Positions 10,207 to 19,389 of a stretch of 64,000 nt of DNA are shown piece by piece (within the stretch, counting starts at the first letter, position 1; every line of letters starts with the position of its first letter). Both the position numbers and the translations under genes were made by a program. Origin of the DNA: a virus; the IMG/VR virus record IMGVR_UViG_3300032092_000004, positions 89,131-153,130 of that record. One strand, written 5' to 3'. The notes beneath the pieces were generated by a model. That model searched no databases and was not told the origin of the DNA. It saw nothing but the letters and a program-made list of their open reading frames with translations.

Positions 10207-10542
10207 TTCAATTAAATCTTCTTCTTTAATATTGTATTTTTTACAAGTATTAGAAGGTAATTCTAAGATCATATCTCCTTCACCAGAATAGTGTTCGCAA
10301 TCATCAGAATGACAAGGTTTACAATTGTGATGTATTTTTGTTATTTTATTACCATTTATAAAAACAATATCTAAAGGTATAATACAGTTTTTCATCCAAA
10401 AAGAATGTGGTTCATTTTTCATTAGAAACAACATACCGTCAAATGTATCATCGAATTTTTTATTCATCATACCTTGTTGAGTGTCTTTATCAGTAAAAAC
10501 AGTTTTTAGGTTAAAAAGATTATTATTTATTTTTGCCTTCAT
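10198..10542 (-). CDS. DUF192 family protein
   Basis: GMM...GMLF...FWMKNCIIPLDIVFI...ILEL. Confidence 0.88.
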   Translation of the reverse strand: MKAKINNNLFNLKTVFTDKDTQQGMMNKKFDDTFDGMLFLMKNEPHSFWMKNCIIPLDIVFINGNKITKIHHNCKPCHSDDCEHYSGEGDMILELPSNTCKKYNIKEEDLIELI

Positions 10543-10554
10543 ATTTATAAATAT
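10541..10554. promoter_or_regulatory. Palindromic ATATTTATAAATAT; putative bidirectional TATTTAT promoter
   Basis: Perfect 14-bp palindrome filling the gap between divergent start codons. Confidence 0.5.
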
Positions 10555-10556
10555 CT

Positions 10557-10973
10557 ATGAAAAAGTTTAGAAGAAGTTCTGGTGTTATTTTAAAACATGG
10601 TGATGAAGTTTTACTTTGTAAAAGATCACCAAAAGAAACATTACCAAATATTTGGTCCATACCCGGAGGAGGTATCGAAAATGGTGAAACGCCAGGTCAA
10701 GCGGCAATAAGAGAATTCCATGAAGAGACAAATATTGAAATTGGAACAGACTTGGACCTTGTCGGTATAATTGATAACTTCAATGACGACGGTACCAAAA
10801 GAGGAATGATGTTTGTTTTTTTACAAAACATTGAAGAAAAAAAAGAACCTGACTTATCTGAAGCTTCACATGGACACGAACACACGTCTTGTAAATATTT
10901 TAAATCTGAAGATATTCCTGAACAGAAAGGGAGTGAACAACTTTACAAAATTTTAAAAAAAGTTTTTAAATAG
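10557..10973 (+). CDS. Nudix hydrolase
   Basis: Nudix box GGGIENGETPGQAAIREFHEETNI. Confidence 0.92.
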   Translation: MKKFRRSSGVILKHGDEVLLCKRSPKETLPNIWSIPGGGIENGETPGQAAIREFHEETNIEIGTDLDLVGIIDNFNDDGTKRGMMFVFLQNIEEKKEPDLSEASHGHEHTSCKYFKSEDIPEQKGSEQLYKILKKVFK

Positions 10974-11019
10974 TAGTTTGGAACAAAAATTTTTATTATA
11001 TTTGTAGAAATAATTAGAG

Positions 11020-11295
11020 ATGATAAAGACGACCTTAAACCATAACATTAAAATCATGAACGAAAAATTCGGAACTTTGCTTTCTGAATCATTCGTAGAC
11101 CCAATCCAATTTAAGATCTTCTTAAAGATGGTAGATGGAGCATTAAATTTAGGTGAGGATTTATCTTACTTTGATGGTAATACCTTCTTGGTTCACATAC
11201 CAAATAAGATCCTAAAAGAATCTGTTATTTTAACAAACACAACTGAGATTAGTTTGGTAGAACAAGTTAGAAACAAAATTGAAAGTTTAGTATGA
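11020..11295 (+). CDS. Hypothetical protein
   Basis: 91-aa ORF; TATATTTG at 10997. Confidence 0.65.
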   Translation: MIKTTLNHNIKIMNEKFGTLLSESFVDPIQFKIFLKMVDGALNLGEDLSYFDGNTFLVHIPNKILKESVILTNTTEISLVEQVRNKIESLV

Positions 11296-11729
11296 TGAAG
11301 TCATTTGTAGTTTTTTTATTAAGTAACATTTTATTAACTTCTTGTTATAAAGAAGATATTAAACCTCAACAACCATTGAGTCCTCAACCGATAATTACTG
11401 ACTCAACTTTAGTTGATACTACATTATCATTGGCGGGACAAACTTGGGTTATCAAAAAAGTTTTAAACACTGATTTTGATGACGACTTAAGATCTGACAC
11501 TTTAATTTTTATTGATGTTGATGACTACACTTTTAACGGTTATCCATCTAAATATAAATTAACAACAACATCAACCACATATAATTTAACGTTATATGAT
11601 ACGCCTTGGGGTAACATTAGTGGAAATTTAATTAACTTTAATATTGTATCAGGTACAATAGAGAGTAAGACATTCAATGATATACTTGGTATATACGGTG
11701 AGACAAAAATATGGATGTATAGATTATAG
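11292..11729 (+). CDS. Putative lipoprotein
   Basis: Hydrophobic N-terminus ending in lipobox LLTSC. Confidence 0.7.
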   Translation: MMKSFVVFLLSNILLTSCYKEDIKPQQPLSPQPIITDSTLVDTTLSLAGQTWVIKKVLNTDFDDDLRSDTLIFIDVDDYTFNGYPSKYKLTTTSTTYNLTLYDTPWGNISGNLINFNIVSGTIESKTFNDILGIYGETKIWMYRL

Positions 11730-11790
11730 TTTCCTTGTTCTATAAAAATAAGGTGGTGGAGAAACTGACATTCAATGTCGGTCCTAAAAT

Positions 11791-11818
11791 AAAAGGTGAG
11801 GCTTTCTCACCTTTTTTT
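11791..11818 (+). terminator. Intrinsic terminator
   Basis: AAAAGGTGAG-gcttt-CTCACCTTTT followed by T run. Confidence 0.8.
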
Positions 11819-11852
11819 ATTTTTCATATATTTATATAATAAAAAATTTGAT

Positions 11853-12815
11853 ATGAAAAATAAATTTATTTTAACAGAGGAAGAATCTAAAAGAATTCTT
11901 TCTTTACACAAACAAAAAATCCAAGAAGAAAGAGAAAATATAGAAGAATATTCAGATCAAGGTCAGTCAGCAACTAGAATTGGAGGATCATTAGCTGCTG
12001 GCGCTGGAGTAGGTGCTGGTGTAGGTACAATCATTGCACCAGGTGTTGGAACAGTTGTTGGTGCAATTATTGGTGCTGGTGTTGGGGCATTAACAGGTTG
12101 GGCAACAACAGGAGGTGGATATTATGAAAGAGTTGCTAAAGCATTCAAATTTTGTCGTGATAATAGAAAATATATGGGTAAACCTGTAAACTCACCTGAA
12201 AAACTCCAAGACATTGCAGACTTTATAAGATCTGCAGTTACTGGTTTAGGTACTGATGAAGTTTTAATTGCAAAAAATTTAAGAAAATTAAAAACAATTC
12301 CTGATTTTTGTGCTTTAAGTAAAATTTATAATGAAAGATTTACTGAAACTTTATTCGATGCTTTGGACGGTGATATAGATCAAGATAATGAATGGAGAGA
12401 TTATGTTTGGTTACCAATTTCTGAATTGGCAAAAAATACAAAAAAAGTTAGCGAAGATAAGTTAAAAGAAAACGCTAAAAAATGCGGTTGGGGAACTGAC
12501 ATTAATGGTTATAGAAATTCAGGATGGCAATGTCCTAAAGGAGGAAAACCAACACCAAATCCTATTCCTAACCCTAATCCAAACCCTAATCCAAACCCTA
12601 ACCCAAATCCTAATCCAAACCCAAGAAGAAAAAGATATTATTTCAATTACCAAGATGCGTTAAACGCATTGAATAAAAAAGGATGTCCTACCGGAGGTGG
12701 TGGTGAAGAAGGTAAAAAAGAAGATGGTTTTGCCGATGATTGGAGAGTACCTCAAGCAGATCAAAAAGTTGATCCTGTAGTTTCATCTGACGATTTTTCA
12801 AATTGGTCTAAATAA
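11853..12815 (+). CDS. Tagged protein with glycine-zipper hydrophobic hairpin, annexin-like repeat and (PN)n linker
   Basis: ATG 11853 after TATTTAT; GAGVGAGVG...; SAVTGLGTDEVLI; PNPNPN tract. Confidence 0.7.
   Translation: MKNKFILTEEESKRILSLHKQKIQEERENIEEYSDQGQSATRIGGSLAAGAGVGAGVGTIIAPGVGTVVGAIIGAGVGALTGWATTGGGYYERVAKAFKFCRDNRKYMGKPVNSPEKLQDIADFIRSAVTGLGTDEVLIAKNLRKLKTIPDFCALSKIYNERFTETLFDALDGDIDQDNEWRDYVWLPISELAKNTKKVSEDKLKENAKKCGWGTDINGYRNSGWQCPKGGKPTPNPIPNPNPNPNPNPNPNPNPNPRRKRYYFNYQDALNALNKKGCPTGGGGEEGKKEDGFADDWRVPQADQKVDPVVSSDDFSNWSK
12548..12623 (+). repeat. Coding (Pro-Asn)n hexanucleotide repeat
   Basis: CCWAAY units with synonymous variation. Confidence 0.85.
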
Positions 12816-12831
12816 AAAAAAACAAATAACT

Positions 12832-13056
12832 ATGAGCAAGATTAAATTAACAGAAAGTCAATACAACAAATTAAAAAATAATATTGTTGAATCCGCATTA
12901 ATTACTGAAGCATCGAATACAAGAGAAGAGGTGATGACAGTTCAAAAAGCATTAAATAAATGCTTTAAAGCTGGTTTAGCTGAAGACGGAATTTGTGGAA
13001 AGAATACAAAATCTGCAATTGAGAGATACTTAGGAATTCCGGTTATGGAAGTTTAA
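12832..13056 (+). CDS. Small tagged protein with peptidoglycan-binding domain
   Basis: VQKALN...LAEDGICGKNTKSAI resembles PG_binding_1. Confidence 0.65.
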   Translation: MSKIKLTESQYNKLKNNIVESALITEASNTREEVMTVQKALNKCFKAGLAEDGICGKNTKSAIERYLGIPVMEV

Positions 13057-13079
13057 GTTTAGTATCCTATAAAAATAAT

Positions 13080-13104
13080 AAAGGGAGTTAAACTCCCTTT
13101 TTTT
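13080..13104 (+). terminator. Intrinsic terminator
   Basis: AAAGGGAGT-taa-ACTCCCTTT followed by T run. Confidence 0.8.
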
Positions 13105-13120
13105 ATGCAATTTTTTTTCA

Positions 13121-13128
13121 TATCTTTG
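13121..13128 (+). promoter_or_regulatory. Bacteroidota-type -7 promoter element TATCTTTG (one of at least 7 in the window)
   Basis: Matches TAnnTTTG, 4 nt upstream of ATG 13133. Confidence 0.65.
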
Positions 13129-13132
13129 TATT

Positions 13133-13552
13133 ATGGAAAAAGTATTATATATCGTTAGAGGAATACCGGGTAGTGGAAAATCCACATTGGCAAAAAGATT
13201 GGTTGGTGAAGATTTTTTGGTTTGCGAAGCCGATAAATATTTTATCAATGAAGAAAATGGTAAATATGAATTCGATATTTCAAAAATAAGAGACGCTCAT
13301 AAATGGTGTCAAAATTTAGTTGAAACTTACATGAGGGATAGTCTAATTAATGACCAGTATTATCGTGAAATTGCGGTATCCAACACATTTACACAGGAAT
13401 GGGAAATGGAACCGTATTTTGAATTGGCTAAAAAATATGGGTATAAAGTATTTTGTGTTGTTGTTGAAAATAGACATGGTGGTAAAAATCAACATGATGT
13501 TCCTGAAGAAAAGATTGAGTTAATGAAAGAAAGATTTGAAATAAAATTATAA
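13133..13552 (+). CDS. P-loop polynucleotide-kinase-like protein (AAA_33 type)
   Basis: RGIPGSGKST Walker A, EADKYF, VSNTF. Confidence 0.82.
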   Translation: MEKVLYIVRGIPGSGKSTLAKRLVGEDFLVCEADKYFINEENGKYEFDISKIRDAHKWCQNLVETYMRDSLINDQYYREIAVSNTFTQEWEMEPYFELAKKYGYKVFCVVVENRHGGKNQHDVPEEKIELMKERFEIKL

Positions 13553-14205
13553 TGAAGTTTGATAAAATATTAACAACAGGTAAAGTGTGGGTTACATCGG
13601 ATCCACACTATAACCACAAAAATATTTGTAGGGGAGTCACCAATTGGCGAACAAAAGATGGACTTGTACCTGATTTGTCAACAAGGGATTTCCCAACATT
13701 AGAACTAATGAACTCAACATTAGTAGAAAATATCAATGCAAAAGTTGGTCAGGATGATACTTTAATTATTTTGGGTGATGTGGCTTTTGGCGGATTTGAA
13801 AATATTGGAATTTTCTTAAACAGATTGGTATGTAAAAACATTCACTTGGTTCTTGGGAATCACGATCACCACATTAGAAACAACAGAGATAACATCAAAG
13901 ATATGTTTATATCTGTTAGTGATTACTTACAGGTTAATATTTTTGGGGTTGACTTTGTAATGACTCACTACCCATTTGAAAGTTGGAATGGTCTTAACAA
14001 AGGTGTTATTCACCTTCACGGACACGTTCATTTACCTATGAATAAAAAGTGGGGTAAAGGTAAACGATTGGATGTTGGTGTTGATGGAAACAACTTACAA
14101 CCGTATAGTATTACTGAGATTGTTCACATGATGGACAAACGAGAAATTGCATCTCAGATGGACGATGATCACCATTTAGACGATTTAGTTGGGGTTGTAG
14201 GATAA
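13552..14205 (+). CDS. Calcineurin-like metallophosphoesterase
   Basis: SDPH, LGD, GNHD, HGHVH motifs. Confidence 0.88.
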   Translation: MKFDKILTTGKVWVTSDPHYNHKNICRGVTNWRTKDGLVPDLSTRDFPTLELMNSTLVENINAKVGQDDTLIILGDVAFGGFENIGIFLNRLVCKNIHLVLGNHDHHIRNNRDNIKDMFISVSDYLQVNIFGVDFVMTHYPFESWNGLNKGVIHLHGHVHLPMNKKWGKGKRLDVGVDGNNLQPYSITEIVHMMDKREIASQMDDDHHLDDLVGVVG

Positions 14206-14219
14206 ACTACAACTCCAAC
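14188..14219 (+). terminator. Hairpin over stop codon (possible terminator or processing site)
   Basis: GTTGGGGTTGTAG/CTACAACTCCAAC 13-bp stem; no clear U tail. Confidence 0.45.
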
Positions 14220-14231
14220 ATATTTATTGTT

Positions 14232-15479
14232 ATGAGAAATATTGTTATTACCGAAAGTCAATTAAAATTAATTACAGAAGCTTTAGGCGTTCCTGATTAT
14301 ATTTTAGATGCGGCTGAGATGTTATATGATGTTGTTGAAAAAGACATCAAATCAATAGATAGTGTTGAAGATGAATATGAATTCGATGGTGAGATTGAAT
14401 TTGAGTTAGGTGATAAGAAAAAAATCAAAATTGATTCTTATGAATTAAAAGTAGAAATAGAAAAAGTAGAAGGTCACGGAGATGGAGTGATAGACATCAT
14501 CTCAATGGGTATGTCTGGTGGGTTTGGATTTAACAGAGATGTTTATATGAAAGAAACTCAACCATCGACAACTTTGGAATTAACAATAACATTTGCGGTT
14601 GGCGAAAATTGGGAACCTGAACAACTAATTAAAAAAATGGAGGAAGAAAGAGATGAATATGTTGCATCTTTGGCTCATGAAATTAAACACAAATACGACA
14701 AACAATCAAAAAAGTTTGGTTTAATCGGTCCTGATGCTACATATCAAGCAACACAAAGAAGGGGTAATTTTGGAATACCAGTATTAGATAGAGTTTTCTT
14801 TAGGTATATGTATTATATCCACGGTATTGAAAACCTCGTTAGACCCGTTGAGGTTGCATCTTCAATGAGAAGTAAAAACGTTACAAAATCACAATTTTTG
14901 GATTTCTTACAAAACAATAGAGTATTCAGAGAGTTGGTGGAAATTAAAAAATTCACATTTGAGGATTTTATTAATGAGTTAAAAGAAAATGAAGATAGGT
15001 TAGATGCTCTTATTGAACATATAGGTGAAGATCCATCTGAAATGACTTTAGATGAGAAAATTAATAGAGTATTGGAAGTTGCTTACATTGATTTAGTTAA
15101 TAATAGAATGGAGATTTTTGTTATAATGACACAACATCATATGGATGATATGATAAAATTTGGGGGACAACTTGGGATGTTACCGCCAAATTTAGATGAT
15201 GAGGTAAAAAAATTAGAAAAAACAGATGAGATTAGACGGAAGTTTTTATCTTATGTGACGAAATATGAAAAGAACCCAACTAAATTCTTTGAAGATGAAA
15301 TCGAGAACTTTCAATACATTGCAAACAAAATGTTAAAGAAAATATCAAAACTATATTCTATGGCAAAAGACGACGAACAAGTTAGTGAATCAATTCTAAA
15401 TTGGGATCTTCACCAACAAATCATGGAAAAAAAATACGGTACAAGAAAAATAGAAACCGAATACAAGTTTAAGAGATAA
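14232..15479 (+). CDS. Tagged protein with HExxH motif (possible zincin)
   Basis: MRNIVITESQLKLITEA; LAHEIKHKY. Confidence 0.6.
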   Translation: MRNIVITESQLKLITEALGVPDYILDAAEMLYDVVEKDIKSIDSVEDEYEFDGEIEFELGDKKKIKIDSYELKVEIEKVEGHGDGVIDIISMGMSGGFGFNRDVYMKETQPSTTLELTITFAVGENWEPEQLIKKMEEERDEYVASLAHEIKHKYDKQSKKFGLIGPDATYQATQRRGNFGIPVLDRVFFRYMYYIHGIENLVRPVEVASSMRSKNVTKSQFLDFLQNNRVFRELVEIKKFTFEDFINELKENEDRLDALIEHIGEDPSEMTLDEKINRVLEVAYIDLVNNRMEIFVIMTQHHMDDMIKFGGQLGMLPPNLDDEVKKLEKTDEIRRKFLSYVTKYEKNPTKFFEDEIENFQYIANKMLKKISKLYSMAKDDEQVSESILNWDLHQQIMEKKYGTRKIETEYKFKR

Positions 15480-15524
15480 CCCCAAAATCTTTATTTATTG
15501 ATATTTTTTTCATATTTTAATAAT

Positions 15525-15890
15525 ATGAGAAAATTATTCATACCAATATTATTTTTAACTTTATCGTTAACAATTCCTGGTGAAGTATATAAAGGTACCG
15601 CATCATACTATGGTCAGAACTATACAGGAAGATTAACAGCATCGGGTGAAAAGTTCCATAAAGATAGTTTATTCGCAGCACATAAAACCTTGAAGTTCGG
15701 AACTTTAGTTAAAGTTATTAATCTGATTAATGATTCTGTTAGGTTTGTAAAAATAAACGACAGATTACCAAAATCATCCAAACACATAATAGATTTATCA
15801 TATGGTACCGCAAAAGAATTGAATTTTATTAAACGAGGTATCGTTCCTGTATCTATTGAAATTGTTGGATCACTACCAATTAAAAAATAA
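15525..15890 (+). CDS. rlpA: RlpA-family double-psi beta-barrel lytic transglycosylase
   Basis: Signal peptide; GTASYYG, TASGE, AAHKTL, VKINDR, IDLS. Confidence 0.88.
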   Translation: MRKLFIPILFLTLSLTIPGEVYKGTASYYGQNYTGRLTASGEKFHKDSLFAAHKTLKFGTLVKVINLINDSVRFVKINDRLPKSSKHIIDLSYGTAKELNFIKRGIVPVSIEIVGSLPIKK

Positions 15891-15927
15891 TTTTGTTTTA
15901 TTAGGAAAGTTTTCTTATCTTTGTTCT

Positions 15928-16155
15928 ATGTGGACAACTAAAGAAACTAAAAGAGAATATCGTGGTTTTGAGATCATCAAGTATGAAGGATCCAAGATGA
16001 AGGATTATTTTAGAAAAAAAGACCCAAGGACATTTCAAAATGGTGATAGTAAGTTCACCAAGTGGCATTCCTACGAAGTAACCATTGATGGTGTTAAATA
16101 TGATTTTGACAAGTTAAAGGATTCAAAAGAATTTATTGACTCAAAGTTAAAATGA
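15928..16155 (+). CDS. Hypothetical protein
   Basis: ATG 4 nt after TATCTTTG. Confidence 0.6.
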   Translation: MWTTKETKREYRGFEIIKYEGSKMKDYFRKKDPRTFQNGDSKFTKWHSYEVTIDGVKYDFDKLKDSKEFIDSKLK

Positions 16156-16343
16156 AAAAACCTTGTAAAGAATGTCCACATGTGATTCGTAATCGTCATA
16201 ATGATATGATTGTTGACTTTGGTCGTAGAACTGGTAAAAAACATAATTGTCATATGACCGAAGGAGTTAAAGATTTGTGGAATGTTAAAGATGGAAAATT
16301 AGAATGTTATGGATCAAAGAGAGATAATTTACGGAGTGTGTGA
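16152..16343 (+). CDS. Small Cys/His-rich protein
   Basis: PCKECP...HNCH...C. Confidence 0.6.
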   Translation: MKKPCKECPHVIRNRHNDMIVDFGRRTGKKHNCHMTEGVKDLWNVKDGKLECYGSKRDNLRSV

Positions 16344-16530
16344 TAAGACAGGATCTTGTGATTCCTACTTCGGATTCTTCAAAACCAAAGAAGATGCTGA
16401 ACACGAGGTATCTGTACAGGCAAAACGACTCAAAGAAGATTTGGGAATGATGGATATTGACATCCGATCAGACCGAGCGTTATACAATGGTAAATTAGTA
16501 ATAGTAATTCATTCATATGTATTGAGATGA
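16309..16530 (+). CDS. Hypothetical protein (paralog of 19389..19634)
   Basis: IYGVCD...CDSYFGFFK shared motif. Confidence 0.65.
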   Translation: MDQREIIYGVCDKTGSCDSYFGFFKTKEDAEHEVSVQAKRLKEDLGMMDIDIRSDRALYNGKLVIVIHSYVLR

Positions 16531-16889
16531 AAAAAATAGAGACAAAATTTGGAACCTATATGGAAAGAGAAGATGACCCTACAAAATTGACTGGTGATAA
16601 AATCAAGGTCTTTGTAGAAAGATTAAAAAAACTTGGAATTGAAATTAAACTTAAGGGTAATTTCCCTTGGGTTTATATTGATGAAATCTGTGGTATTAAA
16701 GTGAATGAGAGGTTATATGGTAATCACGGTTTTACTTTGATATTCTTACCGGGTAGGATCGATAGTCCACCATCTGATTTTACGGATATTACTGAGACTT
16801 TCAAACTAATACGAAAGTATAGTAGAAAAGCTTTGTTGATTCAGATGATGAAAGACGATGAAAAAGATGGTATGTATGATGTTGAATGA
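16527..16889 (+). CDS. Hypothetical protein
   Basis: 120-aa ORF, ATGA-coupled. Confidence 0.65.
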   Translation: MKKIETKFGTYMEREDDPTKLTGDKIKVFVERLKKLGIEIKLKGNFPWVYIDEICGIKVNERLYGNHGFTLIFLPGRIDSPPSDFTDITETFKLIRKYSRKALLIQMMKDDEKDGMYDVE

Positions 16890-17265
16890 GTTAAGGGTAG
16901 GTAGTATTGTGACCCACCCACTTTTTGAAACTCCAACTAATGTTAAGGCGATTGCATTTAACGGACTTTATATTGGAACCAAAGATGGTTTACCACTACA
17001 TATTGACGACTTTAACCCCGTTAAAATAACTGATGAGGTTTTGGAGTTACTTCATTTTGTTAAGATGAAAGACACGGCACTTGGTATTGGTGAGTTTGAT
17101 TGGTGGGAAACAGATGATATATCACTTACACACATACATAAAGGTTTATACGGCATCGAAGGATTAAGTGGTATTAAACCGATGAAATATGTTCACGAAT
17201 TACAAAATGCGTATTTTGTGATAACAGGAAAAGAATTGAATACAGAAAAATTATTATATTTGTAA
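16876..17265 (+). CDS. Hypothetical phage protein
   Basis: NELRVG...KYVHELQN.YF.ITGKEL pattern. Confidence 0.65.
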   Translation: MMLNELRVGSIVTHPLFETPTNVKAIAFNGLYIGTKDGLPLHIDDFNPVKITDEVLELLHFVKMKDTALGIGEFDWWETDDISLTHIHKGLYGIEGLSGIKPMKYVHELQNAYFVITGKELNTEKLLYL

Positions 17266-17267
17266 AA

Positions 17268-17678
17268 ATGGAAAAAGCAAGAATTTATTTAGATGATGTA
17301 AGAACACCTGTTGATCCAAGTTGGACAGTAGTTCGTTCTTATGACGAGTTTGTAAGTAAGGTAAAAGAGATTGGTTTAGAAAATATTGAACTAATTTCTT
17401 TGGACCACGATTTGGGTGATAGTGCAATGAAAGAATGGTTACATGGTGTTGTTAGAAACTATGAAATCAACTATGATAACATCACCGAAAAGACTGGTAT
17501 GGATTGTGCCAAGTGGTTGGTTAATCAGTGGATGGATGGTAAACCACTTGTTGATGTTGTAGTACATTCACACAATGCTATTGGTGCGGGTAATATGATG
17601 GGATATATTAACAATTATCGACACATCAACAAATTACCACAAAATTGTAACAGAGTATTTTGGGAACACACAATATAA
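17268..17678 (+). CDS. Cyclic-phosphate-processing receiver-like domain protein
   Basis: YLDDVRTP, SLDHDLG, TGMDCAKWL, VHSHN motifs. Confidence 0.75.
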   Translation: MEKARIYLDDVRTPVDPSWTVVRSYDEFVSKVKEIGLENIELISLDHDLGDSAMKEWLHGVVRNYEINYDNITEKTGMDCAKWLVNQWMDGKPLVDVVVHSHNAIGAGNMMGYINNYRHINKLPQNCNRVFWEHTI

Positions 17679-17688
17679 AAAAATAGTT

Positions 17689-17952
17689 ATGGAATTAGAA
17701 AAATTTGAACAAGCAAAAAAAGTTAAAGAAAACCTTGATAGATTGGAAAGACAGAAGCGTAAATTGGAATCCGCTTTAGAATCTTGTTCTTTAAATGTGA
17801 CGATTGAATTTAAACCGTCAAAGGTATTTCTCTCAAGAAAAGATGAGGTTAGTGTTTATAGTAAAGACGCCATTAAAGAAATGATATCTAAAGAACTTGA
17901 CAGGTTGAATAGTGAAATAGAGTTAGTAAAAGAAGAATTTGAAAACGTATAA
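17689..17952 (+). CDS. Hypothetical coiled-coil protein
   Basis: 87-aa ORF. Confidence 0.6.
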   Translation: MELEKFEQAKKVKENLDRLERQKRKLESALESCSLNVTIEFKPSKVFLSRKDEVSVYSKDAIKEMISKELDRLNSEIELVKEEFENV

Positions 17953-17955
17953 GAA

Positions 17956-19089
17956 ATGGAAAATTTAAATAGTGTATGTTATGTTGGTGTGATCGGTGAG
18001 ATTCGACCAATAGAAGGGGCAGATAACATAGAACTTGCAATGGTTGGTGGATGGCATGCCATTACCAAAAAAGGCGAATACAGTGTAGGTGATAAGGTTG
18101 TTGTTGCAACTACCGATGCGGTAATCCCTGTTGAGTTATCTGACTTGATGGGTGTGACTGGATACTTGAGAAAAGGTCAAAGAGTTAGAACTGTGAAATT
18201 ACGTGGAGTTTACTCTGAGTGCTTGTTAATACCATTCAAATACTTAGCGCCAAAATCTTTGGAGAACAATGTAAGTGAAGGTCACGATATGATGGGTATC
18301 TTGGGTGTTACCAAATACGAACCACCAGTTAAGATGGTTGAGATGAGTGTTGGAGGTAGAAAATTCAAATACCACCAAAACCCTAACTTCCATGTTTACC
18401 ACAAGTTCCCTAACTTGAAGAATGTGCCTGAGTTATTTACCGAGGAGGATAGAGTATCTATCACTCGTAAACTTCACGGAACCAATGCTCGTTACGGTAT
18501 AGTTAGAAAGAAAAAACTTTCTATCTTGGATCGTATCAAAAAATTCTTTGGAAACAAATGGGTTGAGTTTGATTATGTTTATGGATCTCATAATGTTGAA
18601 AAAGGATCTACTTCTCAAGGGTTCTACTCTACTGATGTTTGGAGAACCGCCGATGGGGACTACAACATCCAAGAAAAGTTGTGGAACTACGTAAAAAAAC
18701 ATTACACGCCTAAAATGTTAGGAAGTGGTATTGTTATCTATGGTGAGATCTACGGACACGGAATCCAAAAGAACTACGATTATGGTTTAACTGATATTCG
18801 TTTTGCGGGATTTGACGTTGAGGTTAATGGTGAATACTTACCGTTCTTTACTGAGAGAGGTATATTCGAAGAGTTAGATTTACCGAAGGTTGATGTGCTA
18901 TATACAGGTCCTTGGGAGAAAGAAACTCAAGATAGTTTTGTATTCAATAACTTTATAGAAGGAACTAAAGTTCCGCACGAAGGTATTGTTGTAAAATGCT
19001 TGAGTGGTGATCGTCACAAAGTAGCGAAGGTAATCAATCCTGATTACCTCATCTACGGAGAGAAGAATAATGTTGGTGACTCCCATTGA
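17956..19089 (+). CDS. RNA ligase, DRB0094/Rnl2-like with N-terminal OB domain
   Basis: PIEGADNIE N-domain; motif I KLHGTN, YGEIYG, FDV, EGIVV, KVIN. Confidence 0.88.
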   Translation: MENLNSVCYVGVIGEIRPIEGADNIELAMVGGWHAITKKGEYSVGDKVVVATTDAVIPVELSDLMGVTGYLRKGQRVRTVKLRGVYSECLLIPFKYLAPKSLENNVSEGHDMMGILGVTKYEPPVKMVEMSVGGRKFKYHQNPNFHVYHKFPNLKNVPELFTEEDRVSITRKLHGTNARYGIVRKKKLSILDRIKKFFGNKWVEFDYVYGSHNVEKGSTSQGFYSTDVWRTADGDYNIQEKLWNYVKKHYTPKMLGSGIVIYGEIYGHGIQKNYDYGLTDIRFAGFDVEVNGEYLPFFTERGIFEELDLPKVDVLYTGPWEKETQDSFVFNNFIEGTKVPHEGIVVKCLSGDRHKVAKVINPDYLIYGEKNNVGDSH

Positions 19090-19106
19090 TGGAGTCACCT
19101 TTTTTT
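19075..19106 (+). terminator. Intrinsic terminator
   Basis: GGTGACTCC/GGAGTCACC stem followed by T7. Confidence 0.82.
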
Positions 19107-19128
19107 ATTATTATTTAAAAAAAAAATT

Positions 19129-19389
19129 ATGGCAATATTTTGGACACAAGCAGAAGTAGATTTATCGGTTGATGAGATCTACGAAAATTTATCAGATCGT
19201 GAAGTTCTGAAGTTGGTTGATTTATTTGTTGAAGAAGGTTTGGTTATCTCAACTAACACAAGTAAAAATGAAAGTATGAGTTTTTTAGATGAAGAGTGGA
19301 AGAAGACACTATTGAATCTGATGAACAACAGACACAGGCTTTCAAATGAAGATGAAGAAACAATTAAGACACTCGCTAACAAACTATAA
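19129..19389 (+). CDS. Hypothetical protein
   Basis: 86-aa ORF. Confidence 0.6.
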   Translation: MAIFWTQAEVDLSVDEIYENLSDREVLKLVDLFVEEGLVISTNTSKNESMSFLDEEWKKTLLNLMNNRHRLSNEDEETIKTLANKL

